Of a stretch of DNA of 64,000 nt, positions 30,058-40,569 are shown in pieces; position 1 is the first letter of the stretch; each line of letters opens with the position of its first letter. A program made the position numbers and the translations under genes. Under the pieces are notes generated by a model. It was not told the DNA's origin. It was given only the letters and a program-made list of their open reading frames with translations, and ran no database searches. Source of the stretch: a virus (lineage: Duplodnaviria > Caudoviricetes); the IMG/VR virus record IMGVR_UViG_2912874417_000004, positions 1-64,000 of that record; one strand, given 5' to 3'.

Positions 30058-30101
30058 TAATCCCCTTTCTAAGGCATTGTTTTATAGCTGTTTGTCTTGA
30101 G

Positions 30102-30599
30102 TTATCCAATCAAATGAATAATGCCTTCAGCAATTTCTTCACTAGACCACTGCTCTGTATCCCACGAATATGTATGTAAACCTATATCGCTCATCACTTC
30201 TCTGTATAACTCTAAAACCGGCTCAATATCACGATCATTTATGTATTCATCACCACGTTCAAGCAAACGTTGCTTAATCACTTTTGGATCAGCATGTAAG
30301 TAGATCACTTTGGCTTTATCTCTAATCTTCTTCTCGATTGTTCTTTGCTGCTCTTCTGTTAAGATTGAGTAATCCTTGAACTTCTTCGCATAAACCAGAT
30401 TTGAATATATGTATCGATCAATAATTACATTGTCCTCATCGGCTAGCTTATTAAAGTGTTCAAACAGCTTCTCATTACCGCTCTTAGCTAATTCAAAGCT
30501 GGATCCTTTTATTACCGGATATCCGAGTTCTTTGCTTAGCTTATCTGCTACTGTTGATTTGTAGCAGCAGTCAGTGCCTTCTAAAATAATCATCGTCAT
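30102..30599 (-). CDS. yorR: Nucleotide/nucleoside monophosphate kinase
   Basis: IILEGTDCCYKST P-loop variant and IIDRYIYS. Confidence 0.85.
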   Translation of the reverse strand: MTMIILEGTDCCYKSTVADKLSKELGYPVIKGSSFELAKSGNEKLFEHFNKLADEDNVIIDRYIYSNLVYAKKFKDYSILTEEQQRTIEKKIRDKAKVIYLHADPKVIKQRLLERGDEYINDRDIEPVLELYREVMSDIGLHTYSWDTEQWSSEEIAEGIIHLIG

Positions 30600-30754
30600 T
30601 TATCTTCCACCCTTCTTACATTGCTGAAACCAAGCACTCTATATGAGCCGTCTGGATACTCAACTTCTAATTGCTCATGTCCCTTATCAACTTGTGCAAC
30701 AACACCAATCTCTCCTGTGAAACCTGCAATCACCTTCTCTCCCTTTTTAAACAT
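30596..30754 (-). CDS. 52-aa SH3-like phage protein (YorQ position)
   Basis: Not in the track: MFKKGEKVIAGFTGEIGVVAQVDKGHEQLEVEYPDGSY... Confidence 0.6.
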   Translation of the reverse strand: MFKKGEKVIAGFTGEIGVVAQVDKGHEQLEVEYPDGSYRVLGFSNVRRVEDK

Positions 30755-30758
30755 ACAA

Positions 30759-30962
30759 TTAACCTCCTTTAACTGGATTTAATTCATACTCCTTGAAGAA
30801 TGTAATATCACCTGTTTCATCACTGACTGCGTAATCATATGTGGCAGAGTGAAGCAACTCAATAATTTTCCCCTCACGGCCAACATGATGAGGGCAAGCG
30901 TTCTTTGCATTCTCATTTATGATGACTTTTAACCCTTCTGGATAAGACCAAAACTTCGGCAA
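30759..30962 (-). CDS. yorP: YorP-family protein
   Basis: MPKFWSYPEGLKV...CPHHVGREGKIIE; SPbeta position. Confidence 0.75.
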   Translation of the reverse strand: MPKFWSYPEGLKVIINENAKNACPHHVGREGKIIELLHSATYDYAVSDETGDITFFKEYELNPVKGG

Positions 30963-30973
30963 TTAATCGCCTC

Positions 30974-31681
30974 CTAACTAATAATTGAGATTGTCCCCTT
31001 TTGCTTGCCAAAATTAATTGCGTCACGCTCGGTTGCTACAAGCAAGTCCACTTTATTTCCAACAATTGCTCCTCCAGTATCACTTGCAATTGCTTTGAAC
31101 GTTTTCCCACCAATGCTTACTTCAACTATTGAATTCAAGGGAATAACACTTGGGTCGGTTGCAATAACACGATACCCTTTGTAATAGATTGATTGAGTGA
31201 CATCAACACCTGTTCTAGTTGTTCCTGTGCATCCTTCTTGGCAGTGGGCAATATAAGCACTCAGCTTAACCTGGATGGTTTTCTTTGCGGCCGGTGACTT
31301 GTTTTCTTTTTTGCGTGTGTTTATTTTATTTTTATTCTTAAAAGTTGTATGCTTTGCCGTCTCACCTCCTTTCATGTGCCTTTTCTTACTTTGCTTAGGT
31401 TTAATGAGTTTTGCTGAGATAATCTTCTCTGTATGCCTTTTTAGTTGTTGTTCTTTGTTCGTTTGAGCTTTTTTAAATAGCCGTAAGACAATATTCTCAC
31501 TTGATGGGATCCTAATCTGTCTAGGCTTCTTATAAAATGATTCTTTTATTGAGTCTTCATTTCCCTCTGTTTTATGTAAATGTTGCTCATAACTTATGTA
31601 AGAAAAAGTGGCTAAGGGAATTAAAATCATCATACCATAAACGGACTTGAAAATGTGTTCTTTTATTTTATTTTTATTCAT
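30974..31681 (-). CDS. yorM: Membrane-anchored 3D-domain cell-wall protein
   Basis: N-terminal TM; IATDPSVIPL, ASDTGGAIVGNKVDL. Confidence 0.85.
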   Translation of the reverse strand: MNKNKIKEHIFKSVYGMMILIPLATFSYISYEQHLHKTEGNEDSIKESFYKKPRQIRIPSSENIVLRLFKKAQTNKEQQLKRHTEKIISAKLIKPKQSKKRHMKGGETAKHTTFKNKNKINTRKKENKSPAAKKTIQVKLSAYIAHCQEGCTGTTRTGVDVTQSIYYKGYRVIATDPSVIPLNSIVEVSIGGKTFKAIASDTGGAIVGNKVDLLVATERDAINFGKQKGTISIIS

Positions 31682-31707
31682 TAAATTTTTATTGATAATC
31701 CTGCCTC

Positions 31708-34700
31708 CTATGCCTCAGCTCTTTTAGTTGTTAAACTAATATTGCCTTCACTATCAACATGATCAATTCTACAGACCGTGTGACTATAGATACTGTTCTT
31801 ATATACTTTAGGAATAAAGTTATTGCCTCTTCTGAATCCAGTGAACATGAGCAAAGTTCCTCTGGTATACCAAGACTTCTCAACAACCTCTTTCTTGCCG
31901 CCGGCAACAGGTCGAGAAATCTGTTTATTATAATGTCCAAAGCTACCAGCCCACTGTTTAACTGTTACCACTCCTGTAGGTGTAAGGAGTGTGATTGTGT
32001 GCTTGTTTTTATCCCTGTCTAATACGGTTCCTGCAATCCGAGTTGTTCCATATTCATAGAGAGTTCTCCCTCTCCATTGATATGGCTTCCCTTTAACCGG
32101 CTCTTCTGGTAGCTCATAAAAATCAACAATGTCATATTTAGCAAAGTTAACACCAGAAAGCTCATGATCGGTATAATAATAGCTCAATGAATCCATTTCC
32201 CATTTGCCATATGTACCGCTAGCATATTTAATCCACTCATTATTGAGTAGTCTTCGATTTAAAAGTTTTAGAGCCTCATCAGTTCCTAACCATTTTTTTA
32301 ATGCAGTCATCTTTTTGTCATATTCTTTTTTAAATGCATTCTCTGAGATTATGAGATGTTCATTGTGAAAATCCACCACACAATTTTCATCAAAGTTTTG
32401 GTTAAAGAACTCAGACGCTGCATCATCTAATAAATAAAGCTTATCTTTAGGTGATTCGATTGTCTTAAAGACTTTCTTTGAAATATATTCTTTAAATTTA
32501 AAGCACCTAACTTCTAAAGCAAATTGTTCAGGAATCAAATCGTTTTCTAACATCATACCTATATTTGCCATGGTTAATTTCTTTTTAGGTTCGGCAATTA
32601 TTGTGATGTACTTTTTCATGATTTCTTTTCGGTCATCAAAGGTATCAAAGCAGCCTCCCTTAATCAATTGTATTACTTGGCCTTTTTTGATTTTTCCTGT
32701 ATAGAATAATTTATCAAGGAATTCTTCAAAGGACTCGTATGGCCTATTTGAAATTATTCGGTGAACTATTTCATCTCCAATTCCATTCATGCCTTTCATT
32801 CCAAAGATAATTGAATTGTTTTGAATATCTGCCTTAAAACCAAAACCAGCCTTATTAACATCAGGTAAATCAACCTTTATACCTCGATGGCGTATGCTTC
32901 CTATAGCCGAAGCAACTTTCCCATAGTCAGTTTTCTGAGTCTTCTTATTTCCGTCTTTGTCTCCTGCTTCTTCTTCATTTTCAACACCACCACTGTTAAC
33001 TGTCAAACAGGCAGTGTTCCAGTATAAAGGGTTATATCGGTAGTTTAAGTTCAACTCCTGTAACGCAATAATGGAATACGCTAAAGTATGAAGTAGACTG
33101 AAACTGTAGCCAAACTGTCTTTTAAATTGAACATTCCACACATAATTCAAAAGAGCGTCTGACGCACCAACCTCCTTCCCTTTCTTGAAGAATAAGTTCT
33201 GAACTTCTTTTAATACATCTTCTTTTTTCTTTGCTATGGATTTCCTTAAATAATTTGACTCCTTAATATCGAAACCGGCTATATCTTTATCCATTACCAT
33301 TTGCATGACAACTTCTTGAGTGTCAGCAACTCCATAAATGTCTTTTAAATATCTTTCAACCACCTTTATCCCGGCATTGCTTAGACCATAATTGCGCATT
33401 TCTTCATACCATAGTGACATATTGTTCTTATACTTTACATATGTGTCAACAGGTTGCTCTTCTCCATCAGACATTAAACGCATTAAAGAGTTTGTGACTG
33501 CCGCCTCAAGCAGGCTTTTGGGTTTAACTTTAATCACAGATTGGTGGCCGACCTCGGTCGAAAACTGGAACAAATCCATTACCTCTCCATTACCAGCCAT
33601 TTCCCACAGCCTTGGATCTTCATATTCAATTACGTCTGGATGAATGTATTTCTTGTATGTTTCCTTTAAGTTTCCTTGCCATTCAATTTCTTTGTTCTCG
33701 ATTAACTGGTCTAAGGTTACTCGAATCTTATCTAAAGCCTCAATGGTCAGAAGATCAAACTTTACCGAGCCCATGGCTTCACTATCACCCATGTTAAACT
33801 GTGTAATAAAAGCTCCTTTAGGAGTTTTCATCATTGCATTCGACTTTGTATATTCATTGTTAAAGATAATAACTCCAGCTGCGTGAGAAGACCGTTTATT
33901 AGTTAATCCTTCAATTTTCAGAGCTGTTTCTTTAAGATTGGGGTATTGCTCAACCTCTCTAATAAACTCTTTCATTGGTTTTCTGTTAGTTTCTATGTCA
34001 CCATAAAAACAATGCGTTAATGGCCAGTTAGACCCTCTTTCATAAGGAATCATCCCACTTAAATATTCAGATATATCGTTATCTATCCCTAAGCCTCTAC
34101 ATGCTGTCTTAAGCGCTGATTTTGAGCCCTCAGTTCCAAAAGTAGCAATTTGAAGAACACGTTTGTCTCCAAATCTTGTTCTAAGTGCCTTAAGAATTTT
34201 TTGTCTTTTTGATCCTTCAGTATCAATATCGATATCTGGAAGATCAGGTCTAGATTTATGTATATGTCTCCAATGTGGTAAATCATATTGCATTGGGTTA
34301 AATTGAGTGTTGTCGAGTAAATAGTTAACGAGATATCCTGCCGCACTTCCCCTGGCTGCCCCAACTAAACTATCTCCACCACACTCATCATCCCAAATAA
34401 TATTAATTATTTCTCTGACTGTTATGTAATAAGAAGGCATGGACTGGTTTAGCTTTTGGCTGATTTCCCAAAGCTCTCCTAGCTCAACATTAATCCTATT
34501 TAATATTTTGTGAAATGCATCCTTTGTTAGTTCATTTGTTTTCAACTTATCATCAAAGCCATCTTCAATTAATTTCAAGAGATATCTGTCCTGCTCATCT
34601 TTCGATTCAGACATCTTCTTTATGTACTCATACTCATTATATGCTGGTTTAAATAAATGCCTCAATTTAAACTGTGGTAGCTCCATTTTTGGAATAATTG

Positions 34701-35637
34701 GTTCGTGCTCAATAGTATAGTCTTCAATCATCTCTCCAATTAGTAATGTGTTTTCAATGGCCTCATTGATGATCTCTTTGTCCATGTAGTCCATTCTCTC
34801 ATGAATTTCATCAACATTCTGAACAAAACATGCCTCATAAAAAGAGTCGACTTCTCTCTCTCCATCCTTGGCATTTAAAAAGGCTTGGTGAATTGCCCTG
34901 TCTTCCGGTCTAAGAAAGTGTGCATCAGTTGTGACTATCATTTTTAATCCATAGCCGTTAGCTATATCAACAAGTTTCTTATTACAATAAATCTGCTCTT
35001 CACTTAAAGCTGGCTGAAGCTCAATAAAGAACTTATCTTTCCCAAAGACTTTTACACACCATGTTATAAACTCGTGAATTTTTAATTTGTGCTGCTTGAT
35101 TGACTGAATGTTTCCACTTTCTTCGCAATCTTTGATTCTGAGTAAATTGATATTCACCTCAGAGCCGAGACAAGCTGTTGTAGCGATAATGTGACCTGGA
35201 TCTTTGCTAAGCAGTTCTTCTACATCCTTTTTAACTGTTGGCACTCTTTCCATTGTTCCTGTGTAAAATGAATTTCCCCAGGCTTGTGAAGACAGTATTC
35301 TTAGCTGCTCATGTCCTATAGGATCAATTGCCAACATCAAGAAGTGTGGAAATTTTGTCTGTCCTGACTTATAGTTATCACGAACTTCTTCCAGTGAATC
35401 GATTAAATATGCTTCATTCCCCAATATGAGTTTAAAATCTGTAGGCATATCCCCTTTCTTCTTCATTTCTCTGACAGTCTTAATCGCTTCTAAGTGCGCT
35501 GAAAGAACCTCATGGTCAGTAATAGCTAATCCTTTATAATTCATCTGAACCGCTGTCTTAAGCAATTCTCCAACTGAGTTTGTTGAATCGAGTAGTCTTA
35601 TGTTACTTTTATCAGTGTGACAGTGACATCCAATCAA
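31708..35637 (-). CDS. yorL: DNA polymerase III alpha (DnaE-type)
   Basis: PHP domain HCHTDKS and AITDHE; ARGSAAG, PDIDID and KFDLL motifs. Confidence 0.96.
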   Translation of the reverse strand: MIGCHCHTDKSNIRLLDSTNSVGELLKTAVQMNYKGLAITDHEVLSAHLEAIKTVREMKKKGDMPTDFKLILGNEAYLIDSLEEVRDNYKSGQTKFPHFLMLAIDPIGHEQLRILSSQAWGNSFYTGTMERVPTVKKDVEELLSKDPGHIIATTACLGSEVNINLLRIKDCEESGNIQSIKQHKLKIHEFITWCVKVFGKDKFFIELQPALSEEQIYCNKKLVDIANGYGLKMIVTTDAHFLRPEDRAIHQAFLNAKDGEREVDSFYEACFVQNVDEIHERMDYMDKEIINEAIENTLLIGEMIEDYTIEHEPIIPKMELPQFKLRHLFKPAYNEYEYIKKMSESKDEQDRYLLKLIEDGFDDKLKTNELTKDAFHKILNRINVELGELWEISQKLNQSMPSYYITVREIINIIWDDECGGDSLVGAARGSAAGYLVNYLLDNTQFNPMQYDLPHWRHIHKSRPDLPDIDIDTEGSKRQKILKALRTRFGDKRVLQIATFGTEGSKSALKTACRGLGIDNDISEYLSGMIPYERGSNWPLTHCFYGDIETNRKPMKEFIREVEQYPNLKETALKIEGLTNKRSSHAAGVIIFNNEYTKSNAMMKTPKGAFITQFNMGDSEAMGSVKFDLLTIEALDKIRVTLDQLIENKEIEWQGNLKETYKKYIHPDVIEYEDPRLWEMAGNGEVMDLFQFSTEVGHQSVIKVKPKSLLEAAVTNSLMRLMSDGEEQPVDTYVKYKNNMSLWYEEMRNYGLSNAGIKVVERYLKDIYGVADTQEVVMQMVMDKDIAGFDIKESNYLRKSIAKKKEDVLKEVQNLFFKKGKEVGASDALLNYVWNVQFKRQFGYSFSLLHTLAYSIIALQELNLNYRYNPLYWNTACLTVNSGGVENEEEAGDKDGNKKTQKTDYGKVASAIGSIRHRGIKVDLPDVNKAGFGFKADIQNNSIIFGMKGMNGIGDEIVHRIISNRPYESFEEFLDKLFYTGKIKKGQVIQLIKGGCFDTFDDRKEIMKKYITIIAEPKKKLTMANIGMMLENDLIPEQFALEVRCFKFKEYISKKVFKTIESPKDKLYLLDDAASEFFNQNFDENCVVDFHNEHLIISENAFKKEYDKKMTALKKWLGTDEALKLLNRRLLNNEWIKYASGTYGKWEMDSLSYYYTDHELSGVNFAKYDIVDFYELPEEPVKGKPYQWRGRTLYEYGTTRIAGTVLDRDKNKHTITLLTPTGVVTVKQWAGSFGHYNKQISRPVAGGKKEVVEKSWYTRGTLLMFTGFRRGNNFIPKVYKNSIYSHTVCRIDHVDSEGNISLTTKRAEA

Positions 35638-35649
35638 TTTTCATCCCCC

Positions 35650-37377
35650 TTAAAACACAAGTTCTTTTTTCTTTGTACGAACCACCTCCAAGTCATAAAT
35701 TTCAATTTGAGGTGTTTGTCTGCCCTTATATTCATTTACCCTTGCCTTACCAACAACATTAAGTATTAAAGTTCCATTTGATTGAGTAAGTTTCTCAAAG
35801 TATTCTGTATCGCTTTTAAAGCGTATGTATTCAATATCTCCATGTTTAAACTTGACTGTTGTCTTGTTCTTTTTCCCTATGTGTTCAATTTGATCAACAT
35901 CAACTTCTATTTCTGTTATTGCTACTAATGGTTCTTCGACCTTATAGCCCCAATAATCTTTATAGCTATACAGCTTAATTAAAAATTCCTTTCTAAGTTG
36001 ATTAGCCGGTATCTCAAAGTCAACATTTTGAACTTCTTCACCTGTCTCTGCATCTTCAAATTTTTCATTTAGAACTTCATTAACCAAAATCAAGTTTTCA
36101 CGCTTGATTGCAAATCCCGCTGCATTTGAATGGCCTTCAACAAATTCAAACAGCCCTGTATCTGTTAGCTCTTTTTTAAAGTCTTTGATGTAACCAGTCT
36201 CATACCCTCGAATAGACCCGCTCAACACCCCTTCTTCTTCATCGCTTTTTCTAGCCAGCAAAACTGGCTTTTTATATTCACCTGCAAGTACATTTGCTAC
36301 TAGCCCAGTCAAGCTTTTATCCAAAACCCCCTCAGTGTAGACTATAAGCACTTTATTAGCTGCCAAATTCTTTTCTTCAATTCTGTTTTTAATTTCCACA
36401 GTAGCTGCATCAACAATGCGTTTCTGTTTAGCTTTAAGGTTCCCCAAAATTCTGGCTGTGTCCTCGTGAATTGACACCAGATTGCTTTCATCTTGTCCAC
36501 GTTTCTTATATGGAACTTTTTCCTTAGACAACAGAAATGACCTCAACAATTGATCTTTTTCTTCAGTGCTACCGACTCTTATAGCTGCGTTAATTAATGG
36601 ATTAATAAAGAACTGTGTGTTCTGAATGTTTTTGCAACCCTTGGTTGAGAACTCTTGCTTTTTAAAAAGCTTTTTGATTAATGGATGCTTAATGTTCCTC
36701 AAGCCTTCATTCATAAAGTACCTAGTCTCTAAATTTCTTGAATCAGCTGAATCGGCTATGTTACCAATAGAAACAAGATCTAAAAATTGTTCCGCTTTGG
36801 TTTTACCAAGCTTATAATCAATGGCCTGGCAAAGCTTATATGCCATTCCAGCACCCGTTAATGTTTTGTTTGAATACTCAATCGAGAGTTGATTATTGAC
36901 GACTATAGCGTGCTTAGATTCTCTTTCACATTCATGATGGTCAATAACAATTACATCTACGCCCTTCTTTTTTAGCTCCTCATGTTCATCAAATTGACCT
37001 GATCCAGCATCCGGAATTAAAACTAAGTCGACATCATCCGGAATTGTATCAATGAAAATGCCGTGCTCTTTACCCTCATGAATTCGGTATCGTATATCAG
37101 CTTTCGGATAAATTGCTTTTATGTAATTGATAATAATTGAACTGGATGTGTACCCATCTACATCGCTATCCACCTGAACAAATATTTTATTTTTATTCTC
37201 TAAATGCTTTATTAAACAATCAGCTGCTTTATCAATGTTGTTGAGTTTTGAAAAATGAATTACTGCACTTTGATTCACATCAATAAAGCTCTTCGGATTT
37301 TCAATCCCTCTGTTTTTTAAAATTGTCGACAATGGATTGAAATTATAATCATTGTTGCCAATGAGCTTATAAGCCAC
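35650..37377 (-). CDS. yorK: RecJ-like ssDNA exonuclease (DHH)
   Basis: DSDVDG, IDHH, GSIR and GHSNAAG motifs. Confidence 0.93.
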   Translation of the reverse strand: MAYKLIGNNDYNFNPLSTILKNRGIENPKSFIDVNQSAVIHFSKLNNIDKAADCLIKHLENKNKIFVQVDSDVDGYTSSSIIINYIKAIYPKADIRYRIHEGKEHGIFIDTIPDDVDLVLIPDAGSGQFDEHEELKKKGVDVIVIDHHECERESKHAIVVNNQLSIEYSNKTLTGAGMAYKLCQAIDYKLGKTKAEQFLDLVSIGNIADSADSRNLETRYFMNEGLRNIKHPLIKKLFKKQEFSTKGCKNIQNTQFFINPLINAAIRVGSTEEKDQLLRSFLLSKEKVPYKKRGQDESNLVSIHEDTARILGNLKAKQKRIVDAATVEIKNRIEEKNLAANKVLIVYTEGVLDKSLTGLVANVLAGEYKKPVLLARKSDEEEGVLSGSIRGYETGYIKDFKKELTDTGLFEFVEGHSNAAGFAIKRENLILVNEVLNEKFEDAETGEEVQNVDFEIPANQLRKEFLIKLYSYKDYWGYKVEEPLVAITEIEVDVDQIEHIGKKNKTTVKFKHGDIEYIRFKSDTEYFEKLTQSNGTLILNVVGKARVNEYKGRQTPQIEIYDLEVVRTKKKELVF

Positions 37378-38513
37378 TAAATCCCTCCTTCATTCGTATT
37401 GATTTCAATTTTTCTTCTCATCAACTCCTCTAAAACGTCTTTTCCCTTATCAGCTGGACTGTCTTTATAATCCAACATGTTTTCAAAATCCCATAAAACA
37501 TACACACGAACATACGGTGTAAATTTTGCTGCAAGCTTCAAGATTTTTTTCTGATACTCTAGCAGTTTACGTTGATACATCTCCTCTGTCTCATGCTCTT
37601 TCGGTGGTCTATATTTATCTAAAGCAATAAACACTTCTTCCACTCCAAGAGAAAGTAAGATATCACGGTGAAAATTTGAAATGTTGTTTGAACAGACTGC
37701 ACATGTGAAATTTGCTTCACCATAAAAGTCCTGGCATTTTAACACAGACTTTTCTGATTCAAAAATTAAAGCTTTTTTAAACCTTTCAATAGAATCTTTT
37801 GTTCTATGTAATCCATATAAATTCATCATGGTCTGATGATTATATAAGGTGTTCCCAACTTTTAAAGGCATATATTTATAACCTGCATCAACTTCCTCTT
37901 TAATAAGAGACCGTCTACGGATACCAATCAATCTGTTATTTAAGTCCCGGTGTGGAATAGTTATCCCTTCTGTGTGAGTTCTAAAATAGTAGCCAATTTC
38001 AAAATCATATAATGTTTGCTGGCTTATCCCCTCTTCCAACCACATTTGATGAGGATAAGGCATAAACACATCTAAAACAGTTTCATTGAAGCTGGGAAGT
38101 TCAATGGCTATCTTTTTCTTCTTATTGAACTTCCCTATCCATTCCCAGTCATCAATTAAATCATTATTCGTGAATGTCTCTCTATTACCGAAACCAAATG
38201 TTCTCCCAGCCAGCCTTGCAACATAATCAATTGCTTGATTGAAAGGTATATTGATCCCTTTTTGACTTTTTGCTCGTATAACAAGCTCAAAGACATCGAA
38301 TGTGTCTCCACATTCTGTATAGCAATGAAATTGCTTTGCTTCGTGGTAATAATACAGCTTGTAGCTTCCACCAGAAGCGTTATGGCAAACGGTTCTGTAT
38401 ATTGGGTTTCCTTGTTGATCCCATTGATTATTTTCGCTACCCAATTCTTTTAATATTTTATGTATATCCTCAAGCGTAAGACTTTCTTTTATTCTGTCCT
38501 TATCATATTTCAA
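37377..38513 (-). CDS. yorJ: DNA primase-like protein
   Basis: CH...CYTEC zinc motif; TOPRIM-like FESEKS and ALD. Confidence 0.85.
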   Translation of the reverse strand: MKYDKDRIKESLTLEDIHKILKELGSENNQWDQQGNPIYRTVCHNASGGSYKLYYYHEAKQFHCYTECGDTFDVFELVIRAKSQKGINIPFNQAIDYVARLAGRTFGFGNRETFTNNDLIDDWEWIGKFNKKKKIAIELPSFNETVLDVFMPYPHQMWLEEGISQQTLYDFEIGYYFRTHTEGITIPHRDLNNRLIGIRRRSLIKEEVDAGYKYMPLKVGNTLYNHQTMMNLYGLHRTKDSIERFKKALIFESEKSVLKCQDFYGEANFTCAVCSNNISNFHRDILLSLGVEEVFIALDKYRPPKEHETEEMYQRKLLEYQKKILKLAAKFTPYVRVYVLWDFENMLDYKDSPADKGKDVLEELMRRKIEINTNEGGI

Positions 38514-38528
38514 AGGGTGCTACACCCC

Positions 38529-40043
38529 TTATCCTGCTTTAATATTCAATTTTTCAACTGTAATTAATTCATTATCGAGATTTGTTGTGAAACAATCCTT
38601 GATCCGCATATTTCCCATATTTATATGGGAGAAGACTTTTACTTTGTCGTACTCATTTCCCCTGTTTTTAAACACGTGTGTAACAAAATTTGGCTCTGGG
38701 TAAAATCCTGCTTTTAAGATTGGCTCAATTGCATCCTTCTCTTTTTTACTTAAAGGAAGAATAATCATTGCACCATCAGTCTTATCGGCAATAGCTTTAC
38801 TTCCTCTCAGGTAAGATGCGTCTATTACTTGTCCTTTTTGCCATGCCTCTTTCCAATCACCATTTAACTGAGTAGCACTCATCATATAAACATCGTATTT
38901 GTTACATAAGCCCTTTAACTTATCAGACATAAGCAAAAGGATTTGATCCTCTCTTAGGTTGACCCCGCTTTTTTTACTCATCTCCGAAAAAATTGTCACT
39001 GATGAGTGAATATAATCAAAGTAAATGTACTCAACATTATTTTTAATTACATTCTTTTCAATCGTTCTCTCGATCTCTTGGATATTGAAATCAGGAAGAT
39101 GCTCGAACCAAATATTAGACTGCTGAAGTACTTTAGCAGCTTTGCGCACAAGCTGTTTTTCTTGCTCATTGATCGTATTTCTAAGTATTTTTTTCTCTTC
39201 TACGCCACTAATATAGGCAAGTGCCAAGCTTTGCAATTCCTCTGCCATCATTTCCGTTGAGATGACCGTGGAACTTTTATTCCAAGGGTTTTTCACCCAT
39301 TCCTTCTTTTTAAGGTCGTACAACTCAGTTGCACTTAATCGACAAGCATCAGCAACCATATTCCTTGTTTTACCTCCGCCTGTAATACTTGATCGAATGT
39401 AAAACTTTTTCTTACGAGACCCACGGAAAATTGACGTAAGCATTTCGCTATTTAATGGTACTCCAATATCTGGCGACTCCTCAAAAGAATCTAATAACTC
39501 ATCAATGCCTTCTCCACCTTGAATTCCCACACTTTCAGATGAGGTTCGAAACTTCTCTTTTACATCTACAATCTTCATTTCATAAGCTGCTAGAATTTCG
39601 TCAATCGATTTCTTATCAAACTGTTCCTGCATTTTTTCTTGTTCTTTTGGATCAATTATAGTTTCATCATAAATCTCTTTGATATCGAAACCTAAACCAC
39701 TCATCTCTCTGAGCAAACTAAACTTTTTTAGTCTTTTGTAATGGTAATCAAAGTTTTCGACTACAGCCAGCTCTTGAATTCTTTCGATGTATTCAAGGCC
39801 ATTGTTATCATGAAAAATCTTATATTGGATGTCGTAATCTTTTAGATATCCATCTATCTCAACCTCATTCAATACTTCCGTCCCTTGCTGGAATAAGTTA
39901 CTCATAGCAAAAAACAGTATTGAGTGAAATCTTGAAGGGAAATCATCCGAAGTAATCCTATACTTGTTGCTTTCAGACAAGATTGTGGGATCCTTGAGTA
40001 TGCTTCCTAAAACTTGTATAATTGCTTTTTTGTCTTGTAGCAA
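38529..40043 (-). CDS. yorI: Replicative DnaB-like helicase
   Basis: GGGKT Walker A, STEM, FDYI, ATQLN and GSKAIADK motifs. Confidence 0.92.
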   Translation of the reverse strand: MLQDKKAIIQVLGSILKDPTILSESNKYRITSDDFPSRFHSILFFAMSNLFQQGTEVLNEVEIDGYLKDYDIQYKIFHDNNGLEYIERIQELAVVENFDYHYKRLKKFSLLREMSGLGFDIKEIYDETIIDPKEQEKMQEQFDKKSIDEILAAYEMKIVDVKEKFRTSSESVGIQGGEGIDELLDSFEESPDIGVPLNSEMLTSIFRGSRKKKFYIRSSITGGGKTRNMVADACRLSATELYDLKKKEWVKNPWNKSSTVISTEMMAEELQSLALAYISGVEEKKILRNTINEQEKQLVRKAAKVLQQSNIWFEHLPDFNIQEIERTIEKNVIKNNVEYIYFDYIHSSVTIFSEMSKKSGVNLREDQILLLMSDKLKGLCNKYDVYMMSATQLNGDWKEAWQKGQVIDASYLRGSKAIADKTDGAMIILPLSKKEKDAIEPILKAGFYPEPNFVTHVFKNRGNEYDKVKVFSHINMGNMRIKDCFTTNLDNELITVEKLNIKAG

Positions 40044-40057
40044 ATGGACTCTCCTTC

Positions 40058-40528
40058 CTATAATGTTGAGATGTCAACAAGTCCCCTTTTCTTTCTCAAT
40101 CCCTTTTTTATAACTAATGTGATTTCTTCTCTTTTGTGATTTTTAGGGTCTTCAGCTGATTTTTGGATTGCCTTTTGTTTAATGTAATGTCGCTTGGCCT
40201 CGTCATATACAAAAGGGACGATTCCAATGCCGTCACCTTCTCTTGGATGATTCTCCAGTGTTTCATAAAAGTACTTAAGCGCAAGCTCGATTCCTTTTAG
40301 CTTATACCCATATTCCTCTTGAAACTCTTTGATCTGTTTTAGCATCATACCTGTCGGAGATGCAAGACCATATAAGTTGCATATGTATTGAAGTAACTCT
40401 TTTCGATGGTCTGCCTCTTGTCTCCACGTGTTGAAGCACTGTTCATGGTAGTATCTTTTTTTATAAGGAATCGCTAAATCTTTATCTAATTTAGTCCCAC
40501 AATATGGACATTTGACTTGTCTTCCCAA
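40058..40528 (-). CDS. yorH: Zn-finger replication protein
   Basis: CPYC...HEQC; lies between the ATPase and the helicase. Confidence 0.7.
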   Translation of the reverse strand: MGRQVKCPYCGTKLDKDLAIPYKKRYYHEQCFNTWRQEADHRKELLQYICNLYGLASPTGMMLKQIKEFQEEYGYKLKGIELALKYFYETLENHPREGDGIGIVPFVYDEAKRHYIKQKAIQKSAEDPKNHKREEITLVIKKGLRKKRGLVDISTL

Positions 40529-40569
40529 ATAATCACCCCTAATAAGGAGGAGGGAATAATCCCCCCAGT

